DNA of 64,000 bases from an uncultured Eubacteriales bacterium (GCA_900548005.1 URIZ01000009.1:2130-66129), one strand, 5' to 3'. Counted from the stretch's first letter, positions 48,514 through 58,064 are shown. A program made the numbers and translations. Notes: a model not told the origin generated them from the sequence alone.

Positions 48514-50223
48514 TTATTGTTTGTCGTTTTCATCCGTATCGCTGTTTTCGGCACGTATAGACATATCGTTATCTTTGTTGTCGGCGGCTGACGGTGTTGT
48601 ATTGTCGCTATCGGCGGGTGTATTTTGCGATGTTTCAGCCGTATTGCCGTACACCGTCACGTCTTGATTGCCCGTATCGCCAAAGAAAGTCAATCCGCTC
48701 GAATCGGGCTCTTTTGTGTTGGCGGCGTTTTCTCTCACGTCAAAGTCTGAAAACATATCGGCATATTTGCTTGTCAAATCGCTTGGGATAGGCTCGTACT
48801 GTTGCGTGGGAACGACACTCTTGTCTGTCTTGTCTGTTTTGTGCTTTTTCACCGATTTGACGATCGCGATTATGGTGATCGTGATCAAGAACACCACAAG
48901 CGGCGCGCCTGCCGTCAATCCGAGCACGATTGCAAAACTATACAAGAAGATTATCACGAAAAATATAAAGCCGGAGTTTCTCGATTTTTGAGTTGGCTCA
49001 CTGCAAATCTTGAACGTAAGTTCGCCCTCGGGCAACGTGTCCGAGTGATAGGTGTATCCGCCGTCCGTTTTGGCAAAGCCCTTCTTTGCGTAGTTGAGCA
49101 AATAGCCGTCCGTGTGGATGTTCACCGTCAAATCTTTGAACCCTGCCCACGTGGTTGCGGGAGAGAGATAATAGATAAATTCATACACGGCGGGGATATA
49201 TCTCTCGTTACGAGCGGGAAAAAGCGGCACGGTGACGGAATTGACAATCGTCTGCCCCGGCGCAATGGAGAGCGTATACTGACACCAACGGAAGAGCGAA
49301 AATTCCGGATATCTCGATATGACAAACTCTAACGGGTTGATCACCGCTCTGTCGTGCAGCGAGTTGAACGTGTTTGCAAGCGCATTGTACCAGTCGATAT
49401 CGAGAACGTCACTGTCCGCGGGGCGATTGACGTATGCAAGCTCGTCCCCAAACGTCTGCTCTTGTCTTGACACAAGCGAGAGATGTCCGCCCTTTTGTCC
49501 GCCGATGACCGTCACGTCGCAAGCGGCGATGTCCAAATCTTCACCGACAACGTAAAACACAAGCTGCGGCTTGCCTGCCGTGCTCATGACGATTTGTTGT
49601 TTGTCGCCTTCTCGTTGGGAGCGGAAATCACACACGACTTTTCTTGCCCAATTTCTGTCATACTCAAACGTCAAATCAAGCCCCTGAGCCGTGTCGGATA
49701 CGGAATACGTGTATTTGTACACCTTTTGCGTGGTGGCGAAAAATGAATCTTGCACGAAATCGTCGCTTAAAGACGGCAAATCCCTTTGGATGTCAAAGCG
49801 GTAATGATCGATACGCGTATATCTTGTCCGCCACGCGATTTGCGCGCCGTCAACACTCACAGAGCAATCGTCTTTGTCGGATTTGTTCTCATCCTTATAT
49901 CCGTATGGAAACACAACGTCCATATTGATGGTGTTTTCGCTCGGATTGCGAAAAGTATAGGTCGCGCGAACGCTTCCAAACTGTTCATACTGACCTTGCG
50001 AGTTGCTTTTGCCTTGGTAGTAGATGTAAAAATCGAGATCTTCCTTGTCAACGACAACGGGGCAATTCTCCATTGTGACGATCGCGCCCGAAGAATCAAT
50101 GCCTTCAAAATAGCGTTGCGCAGAGTTTGCGTCGGCAACGCCTGTCGGCACACTCAAAACGGTTGCGATCAATGCCGCAACAAATACCAACAAAACCGAA
50201 AATGCGCAAGTTTTCTTTTTCAT
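48514..50223 (-). CDS. uncharacterised secreted protein with a C-terminal membrane anchor and low-complexity cytoplasmic tail
   Basis: N-terminal signal peptide, ~400-aa beta-rich ectodomain, TM segment(s) near residues 420-460, and an S/T/D/N-rich tail. Confidence 0.55.
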   Translation of the reverse strand: MKKKTCAFSVLLVFVAALIATVLSVPTGVADANSAQRYFEGIDSSGAIVTMENCPVVVDKEDLDFYIYYQGKSNSQGQYEQFGSVRATYTFRNPSENTINMDVVFPYGYKDENKSDKDDCSVSVDGAQIAWRTRYTRIDHYRFDIQRDLPSLSDDFVQDSFFATTQKVYKYTYSVSDTAQGLDLTFEYDRNWARKVVCDFRSQREGDKQQIVMSTAGKPQLVFYVVGEDLDIAACDVTVIGGQKGGHLSLVSRQEQTFGDELAYVNRPADSDVLDIDWYNALANTFNSLHDRAVINPLEFVISRYPEFSLFRWCQYTLSIAPGQTIVNSVTVPLFPARNERYIPAVYEFIYYLSPATTWAGFKDLTVNIHTDGYLLNYAKKGFAKTDGGYTYHSDTLPEGELTFKICSEPTQKSRNSGFIFFVIIFLYSFAIVLGLTAGAPLVVFLITITIIAIVKSVKKHKTDKTDKSVVPTQQYEPIPSDLTSKYADMFSDFDVRENAANTKEPDSSGLTFFGDTGNQDVTVYGNTAETSQNTPADSDNTTPSAADNKDNDMSIRAENSDTDENDKQ

Positions 50224-50310
50224 GGAGTCCCCCCCCCTTTAGAACATCGATGCGATAAGTCCGCTTGTTTTCTCTTATATTGTACCACACCTTGCATTTG
50301 GTGGCAACAA

Positions 50311-50799
50311 TCAATTGTTCACCGTCACGTCGGCAAGCGTAAAGCGGATTGCTTTTTCAAGCTCTTTGAGCGTCGTTTCTATCTGATATCCGATTTTTCC
50401 GCCCGAAAAATATATGCGATCGACGTCTTTTGCGCTCTCGTCTATCGTTGTTTTGAAGAATTTTTTCATGCCCACAGGCGAGCATCCGCCGTGAACGTAG
50501 CCGGTGAGTGCAAGCAAATCTTTGGATTTGAGCATCTCAACGCTCTTTTCACCCACGACTTTTGCCGCCTTTTTCAAATCGAGCTCTGCGGCAACGGGGA
50601 TGACGAACACATAATGTTCGAGGCTTTTTGCTACCGTCACGAGCGTCTTATACACGTATTTTTCGTCAACGCCGAGAAGTGCCGCCGCCTCAACGCCGCT
50701 CACCGCTTCTTCGACGGGCAAAATATGTTCTTTATACTCCGCTTTTTTTGCATCCAACAAGCGCATAGCGTTTGTCTTTTCGATTTTTTCCTTTGCCAT
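50311..50799 (-). CDS. ybaK: Cys-tRNA(Pro)/Cys-tRNA(Cys) deacylase YbaK
   Basis: MAKEKIEKTNAMRLLD start and GGCSPVG motif of YbaK/EbsC. Confidence 0.85.
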   Translation of the reverse strand: MAKEKIEKTNAMRLLDAKKAEYKEHILPVEEAVSGVEAAALLGVDEKYVYKTLVTVAKSLEHYVFVIPVAAELDLKKAAKVVGEKSVEMLKSKDLLALTGYVHGGCSPVGMKKFFKTTIDESAKDVDRIYFSGGKIGYQIETTLKELEKAIRFTLADVTVNN

Positions 50800-50861
50800 A
50801 ATCAATTCCTTTTCTCGCCGCGATTTTCGGCGCGATTTCTATTTTTTCGGCGGCATTATAG

Positions 50862-50896
50862 CCAAAAAACAAAAAGCGAACTCGGGGTGAGTTCGC
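50862..50896 (-). terminator. intrinsic terminator after scfB
   Basis: GCGAACTC-loop-GAGTTCGC followed by TTTTTGTTTTTT on the minus strand. Confidence 0.7.
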
Positions 50897-50902
50897 CATT
50901 GC

Positions 50903-52336
50903 TTAGTTGTTTTCACACTCCGAGCAACTGCCGCAATCGGAGCAATTTTTACCGTCTTGCACGTCGCCGCAAAGCTGCTCGTCAACTTTGAGCATAATCG
51001 CACATTCGATACGTTTTCTGAACAAGTCGCATCCGTACTCGTACACGCCGTTGATGTCGCCGGTTGCGTTGTACGCGTTTGCCGCGCATCCGCCCGAGCA
51101 GTACAATCTTGCCCAGCAGTCTTCACATTCCTTTCTTGAATACGCGTTGCAACGCTTGAATTTGTCACGCATAGCGGTGTTCGTAACACCCGTCCAAATG
51201 TCGCCCATAAGATAATCCTTGTTGCCGACAAATTGGTGGCAGGGATACAGCTCGCCCGTGGGCGTGACCGCAAGATACTCCGTGCCGCTGCCGCAACCCG
51301 AGATACGCTTGTAGATGCAAGGGCCGCCTTCGAGATCGAGCATATAGTGATAGAAGGTGAACGGCTTGCCTTGTTTTCTTCTTTTTATCATCATATCGGC
51401 AAGTTTTTCATACTCGTTGAAGATGACCTTTTTGTCTTCTTGCGTGAGCGCGTACTTGTCGGTGGGCGGACACACGACAGGCTCCATGCTCAGCTCATCA
51501 AAGCCGAGATCGAGCATTGTCTGAATGTCGTTGGTGAAATCGGGATTGCGATGCGTGAAAGTGCCGCGCATATAATAACTCTTGTCGCCGCGAGCCTTCA
51601 CGAACTTTTGAAATTTGGGCACGATGATGTCATAACTGCCCACGTTGCCGATCGTCTTGCGGAAGTGGTCGTTGATCTCCTTTCTGCCGTCAAGGCTCAA
51701 CACAACGTTGTCCATCTCTTTGTTTGCAAACTCGATCACGTCGTCGTCAACGAGCATGCCGTTGGTGGTGAGCGTAAAGCGGAAATTCTTGCCGTGCTCT
51801 TTCTCTATGGAGCGAGCGTATGCCACAAGGTCCTTGACCACTTGCCAGTTCATAAGCGGTTCGCCGCCGAAAAAGTCCACTTCGAGATTGCGGCGCGTTC
51901 CGCTGTTTTCCACAAGGAAATCGAGCGCGCGTTTGCCCACTTCGTAGGACATAAGAGCGCGTTCGCCGTGATACTTGCCTTGGGACGCAAAGCAATATTC
52001 GCAGTTGAGATTGCAAGTGTGAGCAACGTGCAAACACATGGCTTTGAGCACCGTGTTGCGTTTTGCAAGGTGTTCTATATCGGGCTTGAACTCGTCTTTT
52101 GCAAAGAGTTTGCCTTGTGCGACAAGCTCGTCAACGTCGTCCAAGCACTCTCTTACGTCTTGCTCGCTCACGCCGTCTTGCGCGTATTTTGTGGCAACGT
52201 CCTTGACGATTTGATCCCTTGACTTACTCTCGTAATCGTTGATCACGTCGTATGCGACTTCGTCCACGCTGTGCACGCTGCCGCTTGCCACGTCAAGCAC
52301 GATGTTGTATCCGTTGAGTTTGAAAGAATGAATCAT
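50903..52336 (-). CDS. scfB: radical SAM/SPASM thioether-forming SCIFF peptide maturase
   Basis: MIHSFKLNGYNIVLDVASGSVHSVD N-terminal peptide-recognition region, CNLNCEYC radical SAM motif and a Cys-rich SPASM C-terminus. It lies directly downstream of a SCIFF precursor. Confidence 0.9.
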   Translation of the reverse strand: MIHSFKLNGYNIVLDVASGSVHSVDEVAYDVINDYESKSRDQIVKDVATKYAQDGVSEQDVRECLDDVDELVAQGKLFAKDEFKPDIEHLAKRNTVLKAMCLHVAHTCNLNCEYCFASQGKYHGERALMSYEVGKRALDFLVENSGTRRNLEVDFFGGEPLMNWQVVKDLVAYARSIEKEHGKNFRFTLTTNGMLVDDDVIEFANKEMDNVVLSLDGRKEINDHFRKTIGNVGSYDIIVPKFQKFVKARGDKSYYMRGTFTHRNPDFTNDIQTMLDLGFDELSMEPVVCPPTDKYALTQEDKKVIFNEYEKLADMMIKRRKQGKPFTFYHYMLDLEGGPCIYKRISGCGSGTEYLAVTPTGELYPCHQFVGNKDYLMGDIWTGVTNTAMRDKFKRCNAYSRKECEDCWARLYCSGGCAANAYNATGDINGVYEYGCDLFRKRIECAIMLKVDEQLCGDVQDGKNCSDCGSCSECENN

Positions 52337-52354
52337 TTGTATTTTCCTATCGAC

Positions 52355-52382
52355 ACAAAAAACGCCTAGACGTATCTAGGCG
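52355..52382 (-). terminator. intercistronic terminator/attenuator between scfA and scfB
   Basis: CGCCTAGA-loop-TCTAGGCG followed by TTTTTTGT on the minus strand, 25 nt after the scfA stop. Confidence 0.7.
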
Positions 52383-52407
52383 ACTTTTGTGATTTGTGGT
52401 TTCAAAG

Positions 52408-52554
52408 TTATTTTGCTGCTTTCTCGCACTTTTGGTTTGCAACGCCGCAAGAAGTTTTGCAAGCGGATTGGCAAGAAGTTTGGCATTCGCCGCAGCCGCC
52501 GTTCTTTTTGCTTTCGTTGAGATCGCGAGTTTTCAAGGTTACAATTCTTTTCAT
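52408..52554 (-). CDS. scfA: SCIFF (six cysteines in forty-five residues) ribosomal peptide precursor
   Basis: Not in the ORF track (48 aa). My translation is MKRIVTLKTRDLNESKKNGGCGECQTSCQSACKTSCGVANQKCEKAAK, with AAGGAG RBS 7 nt upstream. The GGCGECQTSCQSACKTSC core matches the SCIFF family. Confidence 0.9.
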   Translation of the reverse strand: MKRIVTLKTRDLNESKKNGGCGECQTSCQSACKTSCGVANQKCEKAAK

Positions 52555-52584
52555 CGTAATGACTCCTTACTTTTGATATATATC

Positions 52585-52613
52585 ATTATAGAAACAACAA
52601 TCGTTTTTGTCAA
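52585..52613 (-). promoter_or_regulatory. consensus sigma-A promoter of scfA
   Basis: On the minus strand: TTGACA, 17-nt spacer, TATAAT. Confidence 0.7.
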
Positions 52614-52699
52614 CACAAATGCGAATATTGCCCCTATCGTCTTTTTTGTCGCAGGCGAGCATTTTTCACTTCACGGCAGGGCTTTTGAAAATGTTATTT

Positions 52700-54181
52700 T
52701 TATTCTTTTACGACAATGATTCCGTTTGGAAAAGTGCCCATCTCGCTTGTCACGTTCACGCCGTTTTCATATTCGAGCGTTGCGTGTTTAACAAACTCGA
52801 AGTCTATCCTTTCGCCCTTCACGATGATAGGCGCGCCCGGCGGATACGCCCACACGTTCTCGGCGCATATACGCCCAACGCTTTTGTCAAAATCCACCGT
52901 TTCGACACTTAAACCCTTGATTTGATAAGGCTCAAGTGCCTTTTGTGCGATTTTGAGCGAATTTTGTCTGACAAGACCGTTGCGGTTTGCAAGGCTGTCG
53001 TCAAGCGAAAACAGCGCGTCTATGAGCTTTGAAAAAGAGTCTTCTTTGTCGCCGAGCCCCGTCATCGCTATGCAATAATTGACGCTTGCCATTTCAAGTT
53101 CTATATCATAGGCTTTTCTCAACACGTTTTTCAATTCCACGCCGCTCGTGCTTGCGCCGCTGCACAAAATCACAAGTTTCGACTTGTCGTAGGCAAACAC
53201 TCTGCTGTCCTTTTTCGGCTCGAAAAGACCGAGTTTTCTTAGACGAGAGAGCGATTTTCTTGCAACGTCAAGCTGATTGGACCACTCGTTCATGGACTTG
53301 TTTTTGTCTCCCGCCAAAAATCTCACGCAACCGTCTATGGACGCCATAAGCACGTAGGACGGCGAGCTTGACTCGAACATTGCAAGGTTTGCGTCCACCG
53401 CCTTTATGTCCACTCTGTCCGTCACAACGTGCAACAGCGCGGTTTGCGTAAGGCTTGGCAAAGTCTTGTGAAGGCTGTTGACCACGATGTCCGCGCCGAG
53501 TTGTCTTGCGCTTTTTTCAAACTTTCTGTCAAGTCCCAAATGCGCGCCGTGCGCTTCGTCAACAAACAAAATCGCGCCGTGAGCGTGGCATATATCCGCA
53601 ATTTTTTGCACGTCGCTTATCACGCCTTCGTAGGTGGGACTTGTGATCACGACAAGGCGAATATCGGGGTTTTGGTCAAAGGCGGCTTGCACGTTGCCCG
53701 GCAACACCGAGCCGTAAAACCCGTATTCTTCAAAAAAGGTCGGGCGCACGTACACGGGCGTGAGCGAGCAAAGCTCTATCGCATTGAAAACGGACTTGTG
53801 ACAGTTGCGCGCAACGAGTATTTTGTCGCCCGCATTGGTCACCGCTCTTATGCCCGCAAGGATGCCGCAAGTGCTGCCGTCAATCAAAAAACGAGAATAT
53901 TTCACGCCGTACAACGCCGCGGCTCTTTCGCTTGCCGTCTTCAACACGCCGCTTGCGTCGTGAAGGTTGTCAAAGCCTTCTATCTCGGTTATATCCAACT
54001 TTTGTGCGCCGAATAGGAAATCGAAGGGCGCGCGCTTGTGCCCGGGCATGTGAAAAGGCAATATTTTTGCCTCGTCGTGTTCTTTAAGAAGCGTGGCAAG
54101 ACTCTTGTCGTCGCTTGGTGGCAACGCGCTGTCTCTTTTCACGCGGTTCGGATGAAAAATTTTGGGATTTCTTGCTCTCAT
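52700..54181 (-). CDS. Orn/Lys/Arg decarboxylase family PLP-dependent enzyme
   Basis: FHMPGHKR, DEAHGAH and NSLHKTLPSLTQ (PLP lysine) motifs. Confidence 0.85.
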   Translation of the reverse strand: MRARNPKIFHPNRVKRDSALPPSDDKSLATLLKEHDEAKILPFHMPGHKRAPFDFLFGAQKLDITEIEGFDNLHDASGVLKTASERAAALYGVKYSRFLIDGSTCGILAGIRAVTNAGDKILVARNCHKSVFNAIELCSLTPVYVRPTFFEEYGFYGSVLPGNVQAAFDQNPDIRLVVITSPTYEGVISDVQKIADICHAHGAILFVDEAHGAHLGLDRKFEKSARQLGADIVVNSLHKTLPSLTQTALLHVVTDRVDIKAVDANLAMFESSSPSYVLMASIDGCVRFLAGDKNKSMNEWSNQLDVARKSLSRLRKLGLFEPKKDSRVFAYDKSKLVILCSGASTSGVELKNVLRKAYDIELEMASVNYCIAMTGLGDKEDSFSKLIDALFSLDDSLANRNGLVRQNSLKIAQKALEPYQIKGLSVETVDFDKSVGRICAENVWAYPPGAPIIVKGERIDFEFVKHATLEYENGVNVTSEMGTFPNGIIVVKE

Positions 54182-54301
54182 ATTTTGATTATATCATAAC
54201 TTTTGAAAAATGCTATGGAAAATTGTACGCGCGCGTGTTATAATCAAAAAAACGGAATGTTTTACGTTCCGTTTTGCACAAAAATTATTTCTCGTGGGAC
54301 A

Positions 54302-55180
54302 ATGAAAAAGAAAAACATCACGGCTGTCGTTGCAATTCTCTTCACAATCGCGCTGTGCGTGACGCTTTTTGCATGCGACAAAAAAGAACAAAAAATCAAC
54401 TATGCAATCGACAATTCTTTTGTCGTTCTGACTCGTGAAAATCAAGGCTCGCTCGTGTTCGAGCCCATTGCCAATGCAAAAACAAGCGCGGACGGCAGCG
54501 TTGTCGGCGACAGACTGCAATGCGAATACGGAGTGATTTTCTATGTCGGAGCAGGCGTCGAGCCGACAAAATACACCTATCTTGCCACCGCCCTTGCCAA
54601 GCAAGGCTACCTTGTAGTGATACCCAAGGCGGAGCACAACATGACTTATGCCGACTACAAAACCGCCGAAAATGCGTTTGCAACCTACCCCGACGTGAAA
54701 TTCTTCATCGCAGGACACTCTCACCAAGGCGGAGCGGCGGCGATACGGCGCGCGGCAGAAAACAAGGACAAAGTGGCGGGAGTCATCCTTCTTGCGCCCG
54801 TTGCCAACAGACACGAGCTTATCGGCGAAGACGGCAATCCCGTCAAGGACGAGAACGGAGTGACAATCTACGTTGCGGACAATCTGCTCGATTGCGCCTT
54901 GCCGATTCTTCTTGTTGAGAGCGACAACGACAAAGTGCGCACCCAAGAGCAAGCAAACGACGCAAAAGCACGGCTCAAAGACGGCTACGTGTCCAAAATC
55001 GTGCAAGGCGGCAACCACACCGCTTTTGCCGAGATAGACGTCGAAGACGATTTGCCGATCAAGTTTTTGCCAACCTACACCGCGGACATAAACGCAACGA
55101 CAATAGAACAAAAAAACGCCCAACGCACCGAGACTTGCACGGTCGTCCTTGCGTTTCTTCGCTCCGTCGTGCTCGGATAA
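54302..55180 (+). CDS. putative alpha/beta-hydrolase lipoprotein
   Basis: Start at ATG 54302 (MKKKNITAVVAILFTIALCVTLFAC lipobox). FIAGHSHQGG is nucleophile-elbow-like. Confidence 0.55.
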   Translation: MKKKNITAVVAILFTIALCVTLFACDKKEQKINYAIDNSFVVLTRENQGSLVFEPIANAKTSADGSVVGDRLQCEYGVIFYVGAGVEPTKYTYLATALAKQGYLVVIPKAEHNMTYADYKTAENAFATYPDVKFFIAGHSHQGGAAAIRRAAENKDKVAGVILLAPVANRHELIGEDGNPVKDENGVTIYVADNLLDCALPILLVESDNDKVRTQEQANDAKARLKDGYVSKIVQGGNHTAFAEIDVEDDLPIKFLPTYTADINATTIEQKNAQRTETCTVVLAFLRSVVLG

Positions 55181-55207
55181 CAAAAAAAACAAACTTATAC
55201 AACAAAA

Positions 55208-55236
55208 AAAGCGCACCGAATTGGTCGCTTTTTTTG
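55208..55236 (+). terminator. intrinsic terminator of the hydrolase gene
   Basis: AAAAAAGCGCACC-GAATT-GGTCGC-TTTTTTT imperfect hairpin with a T-run. Confidence 0.55.
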
Positions 55237-55261
55237 TCAAAAATTGTAAAGTATAAATTGC

Positions 55262-55430
55262 AAAAACCACGATAAATAGATGAAGAACTTCGTGTATGTT
55301 GTAAAAAAGCGCGATAAATAGATGAAGAACAAGAAAGAGCCACGCTATCGGCAACCCTAATGTACAAGTAGTACATGAGTTGACGGGAGCGTGGCTCTGC
55401 CGAAGTTATTCGCTATTTAGCGCGCTTTTA
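55262..55430 (-). repeat. hairpin element copy (subtype A) abutting the dehydrogenase stop codon, plus an upstream partial unit
   Basis: Intact unit at 55301-55430: arms TAAAAAAGCGCGATAAATAGATGAAGAAC / GTTATTCGCTATTTAGCGCGCTTTTA, outer stem GAGCCACGCT/AGCGTGGCTC, core CAACCCTAATGTAC-AAGTA-GTACATGAGTTG. Duplicated left arm at 55269-55288. Confidence 0.8.
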
Positions 55431-56405
55431 GTCGCAGTTTATAAGAATCTTGCCATATTGCAACGGATATTTCACACACGATTCCACCACTTGCGGAATC
55501 TCTTCAAAGTTTGCGGTTGCGCCGATGAGGCCGTCGGTCTTCACCACTTTGTTGGCAAGAAGGTTGATGGCAGAAGACAATTCTCCGATGCCGTTGCACA
55601 CGCCTTTGAGAGTGAGTTGTTTTTTGAGAACAGTGCCTGCGTCCACTGCGTGTTTTGCGCGAGTGGCATAGCCTGCGATGATGACGTCGCCTTTGTTTTT
55701 GACAAGACGGATTGCCGCATTGACGTCCACGCTTTCGCCCGAGAAGATTGCCGCCTCAGCCATTCTGCCGCCGGTGATTTCTTCCACCCTGCGTTCGAGA
55801 TTGTCATAGGTCGGGTTGAGGGTGTAGCAAACGCCCCACTTTTGCGCAAGAGCGAGCTTGTCAACGTCCAGATCGATAAGGATGGGCACGTATTGATAAT
55901 ACGTTGCCATTTGTCCGAGAATAAGACCGAGCGTGGATGCGCCGACAATGACGATATAGTCGCCTTTTTCGCGGTCGAGAGCCTCAAAAACGTTGTTGCC
56001 CATCGCGATATACTCGGTGAACAACGCCTCCTCGTCGCTTATGCCGTCGGGAAGCGCGAAAACGTTTTCAAGCGGAACGCACGCAAAATCTCTGAGCAGT
56101 CCGTCAACGTCAACGCCCATGGTCTTGACGACTTCTTCGCCGTGTTCGCATTGTTGCAAATAGGGGCTGACCACAACGCGCGATCCGAGTTTGAGACCGC
56201 TATCATCGTCCGCCTCGCTCACAAGCGCGACCGCCGAATGTCCGGGAACAACCGCATCGTCCTTTGCCATTGCCGAAAGATTGCACACGTCTTGGGAAGA
56301 AATCGCCACTTTTGCGATTTTCACCTTGACCTGACCGTCTGCTCTTTGGCTTACGTCTTCAACGAGCGTTGCGCCGTCTTCTTTGTTTATAATCCATTCT
56401 TTCAT
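55428..56405 (-). CDS. zinc-binding medium-chain alcohol dehydrogenase family protein
   Basis: GroES-like N-terminal domain (VPGHSAVALV) and Rossmann VIVGASTLGLILGQ. Confidence 0.85.
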   Translation of the reverse strand: MKEWIINKEDGATLVEDVSQRADGQVKVKIAKVAISSQDVCNLSAMAKDDAVVPGHSAVALVSEADDDSGLKLGSRVVVSPYLQQCEHGEEVVKTMGVDVDGLLRDFACVPLENVFALPDGISDEEALFTEYIAMGNNVFEALDREKGDYIVIVGASTLGLILGQMATYYQYVPILIDLDVDKLALAQKWGVCYTLNPTYDNLERRVEEITGGRMAEAAIFSGESVDVNAAIRLVKNKGDVIIAGYATRAKHAVDAGTVLKKQLTLKGVCNGIGELSSAINLLANKVVKTDGLIGATANFEEIPQVVESCVKYPLQYGKILINCD

Positions 56406-56603
56406 AACTAACCTACTTTGAACATTCTACCATACGCGCAAACATAATGCAACCTTGCGTGCGGCGTATATCGACAAAAAGGCTATGTTGTACGACTAGC
56501 ATACGTTTCGTTTTTTATGCCCGCTTTGTCCGCTTTTTCTCAATTGTAACACAACTTGCGGGACGAAAACGTCACATATACGATTTGATTTTTGTTGCGG
56601 ATT

Positions 56604-58064
56604 TTACGCTTTTTCGCACGTCAGCACTCGCACGTAGCAGTTCTTGTCAGTCGGCTTTTTGCCATAAAACACCCACTTATCGCGCGCAAGCGTATCGTCC
56701 GAATAGAAATATATTTGCTTGTCCTGCCAATCTTTCTGCTTTCTCGGCGCAAGGATGCTGCTGTCAAAAATCGCGTCGATTAACTCTGCATTGGCAGCAA
56801 CGTACACTTGCTCGGGGTCGAGATTTGCCACGTACTCTTCAAGGTCGTCACGCAGCATAAATGAAAGCTGCAAATCGCTCACCCTTGCTCCGCCGCAACA
56901 CTTGTCGCAGGGTTCGAGCATAAACTCATCAAGCGGCAAGCGAGATTTCTTTCTTGTCAGCTCCACAAGTCCGAGCGGCGTCATGCCCACAGCCGAGGTC
57001 TTCAATCTGTCCTTTTTCAGAGCGTTGCGCAATGCTTCTATCACCGCCTGCTTGTGCTTTGAATCCACCATATCAATGAAATCTATCACCACAATGCCGC
57101 TGATGTTGCGCAATCTCAACTGCCTTGCGATGCACTCTGCCGCCGCAAGATTTGCCTTGAACACGGTGTCTTCGAGATGGCTTGTACCCACAAAACTGCC
57201 CGTGTTGACGTCAATCACGGTGAGAGCCTCCGTCCTGTCTATCACGATGTAAGCGCCGCCTTCCACTTCCACTTTTCTGTCGCAAGCATGGTTGATTTGC
57301 TCCGCCACGCCGAAATACGTCATGATGTTTTTTGCGCCCGTGTACACTTCGCACTTGAAATTGGCAAACTCTTTTTCAAGGCTCTTTGCCATTTTCTCGT
57401 CATTTATAACCACCTGATCCCAGTCTTCGTTGAAAGTGTCTCTCAGCGCGCGTTTGAGAAGGCTTGCCTCTTCAAAAACAAGCTCGCCCTCGGACGCGTT
57501 TGCATAGTCGATTTTTATCTTTTGCCAACGCTCGATGAGATTTTCGATTTCCAACTTGACGGTGTGCACACTCGTCTTTTCCGCGGCAGATCTGACAATA
57601 CAGCCCATGCCTTGCGGCAACATTGCCTTTATGGTGTTTTCAAGATAGGCGCGTCTTCTCGGATCTTCGATTTTTCTCGATATACCGATAAAATCGGTCA
57701 CGGGCATAAGCACCACAAAAAATCCCGGGAGAGTGATGTCTGTCGTCAGCCTTGCGCCCTTTTGAGCGTACGGTTCTTTGACCACTTGACACATGATCAA
57801 ATCGCCTGCGGACGCCGCTTTTTTTTGCGTGGATCTTGCGCCGTTTTTGTCGTCGCCGGTGTACAAAAAGCCGTTGCGTTCCTGCCCGATGTTGACAAAG
57901 CACGCCTGCATGCCGCCGATAACGTTTTCAACCTTTCCCTTGTAGATGTTGCCCACAAGTCCTTTTCCGCTCGATCTCTCAACGGAAAAGTCGATGACTT
58001 CGCCGTCTTCCACAAGCGCGGCACGCGTGCAAAACGGCGTGTAGTCGATGATGAGTTTTTTCAT
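56604..58064 (-). CDS. rng: ribonuclease G/E family (Rne/Rng)
   Basis: S1 domain GNIYKGKVENVIGGMQACFVNIG and catalytic domain VIDVNTGSF. Confidence 0.9.
   Translation of the reverse strand: MKKLIIDYTPFCTRAALVEDGEVIDFSVERSSGKGLVGNIYKGKVENVIGGMQACFVNIGQERNGFLYTGDDKNGARSTQKKAASAGDLIMCQVVKEPYAQKGARLTTDITLPGFFVVLMPVTDFIGISRKIEDPRRRAYLENTIKAMLPQGMGCIVRSAAEKTSVHTVKLEIENLIERWQKIKIDYANASEGELVFEEASLLKRALRDTFNEDWDQVVINDEKMAKSLEKEFANFKCEVYTGAKNIMTYFGVAEQINHACDRKVEVEGGAYIVIDRTEALTVIDVNTGSFVGTSHLEDTVFKANLAAAECIARQLRLRNISGIVVIDFIDMVDSKHKQAVIEALRNALKKDRLKTSAVGMTPLGLVELTRKKSRLPLDEFMLEPCDKCCGGARVSDLQLSFMLRDDLEEYVANLDPEQVYVAANAELIDAIFDSSILAPRKQKDWQDKQIYFYSDDTLARDKWVFYGKKPTDKNCYVRVLTCEKA

Noticed and set aside
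50903-52336. SPASM radical SAM enzyme as the anaerobic sulfatase-maturating enzyme for the 15.1-kb sulfatase
   Set aside because: Its N-terminal peptide-recognition region, its size and the immediately upstream SCIFF precursor identify it as ScfB. It is also 34 kb from the sulfatase.
55318-55360. Mini-ORF on the plus strand of the elements (ATGAAGAACAAG..., e.g. MKNKKEPRYRQP or MKSKEKPLEQQP)
   Set aside because: It has no proper RBS spacing. The start codon is missing in the 43-kb copy and in array unit 3. Stop positions vary between copies. Conservation is better explained at the nucleotide/structure level.
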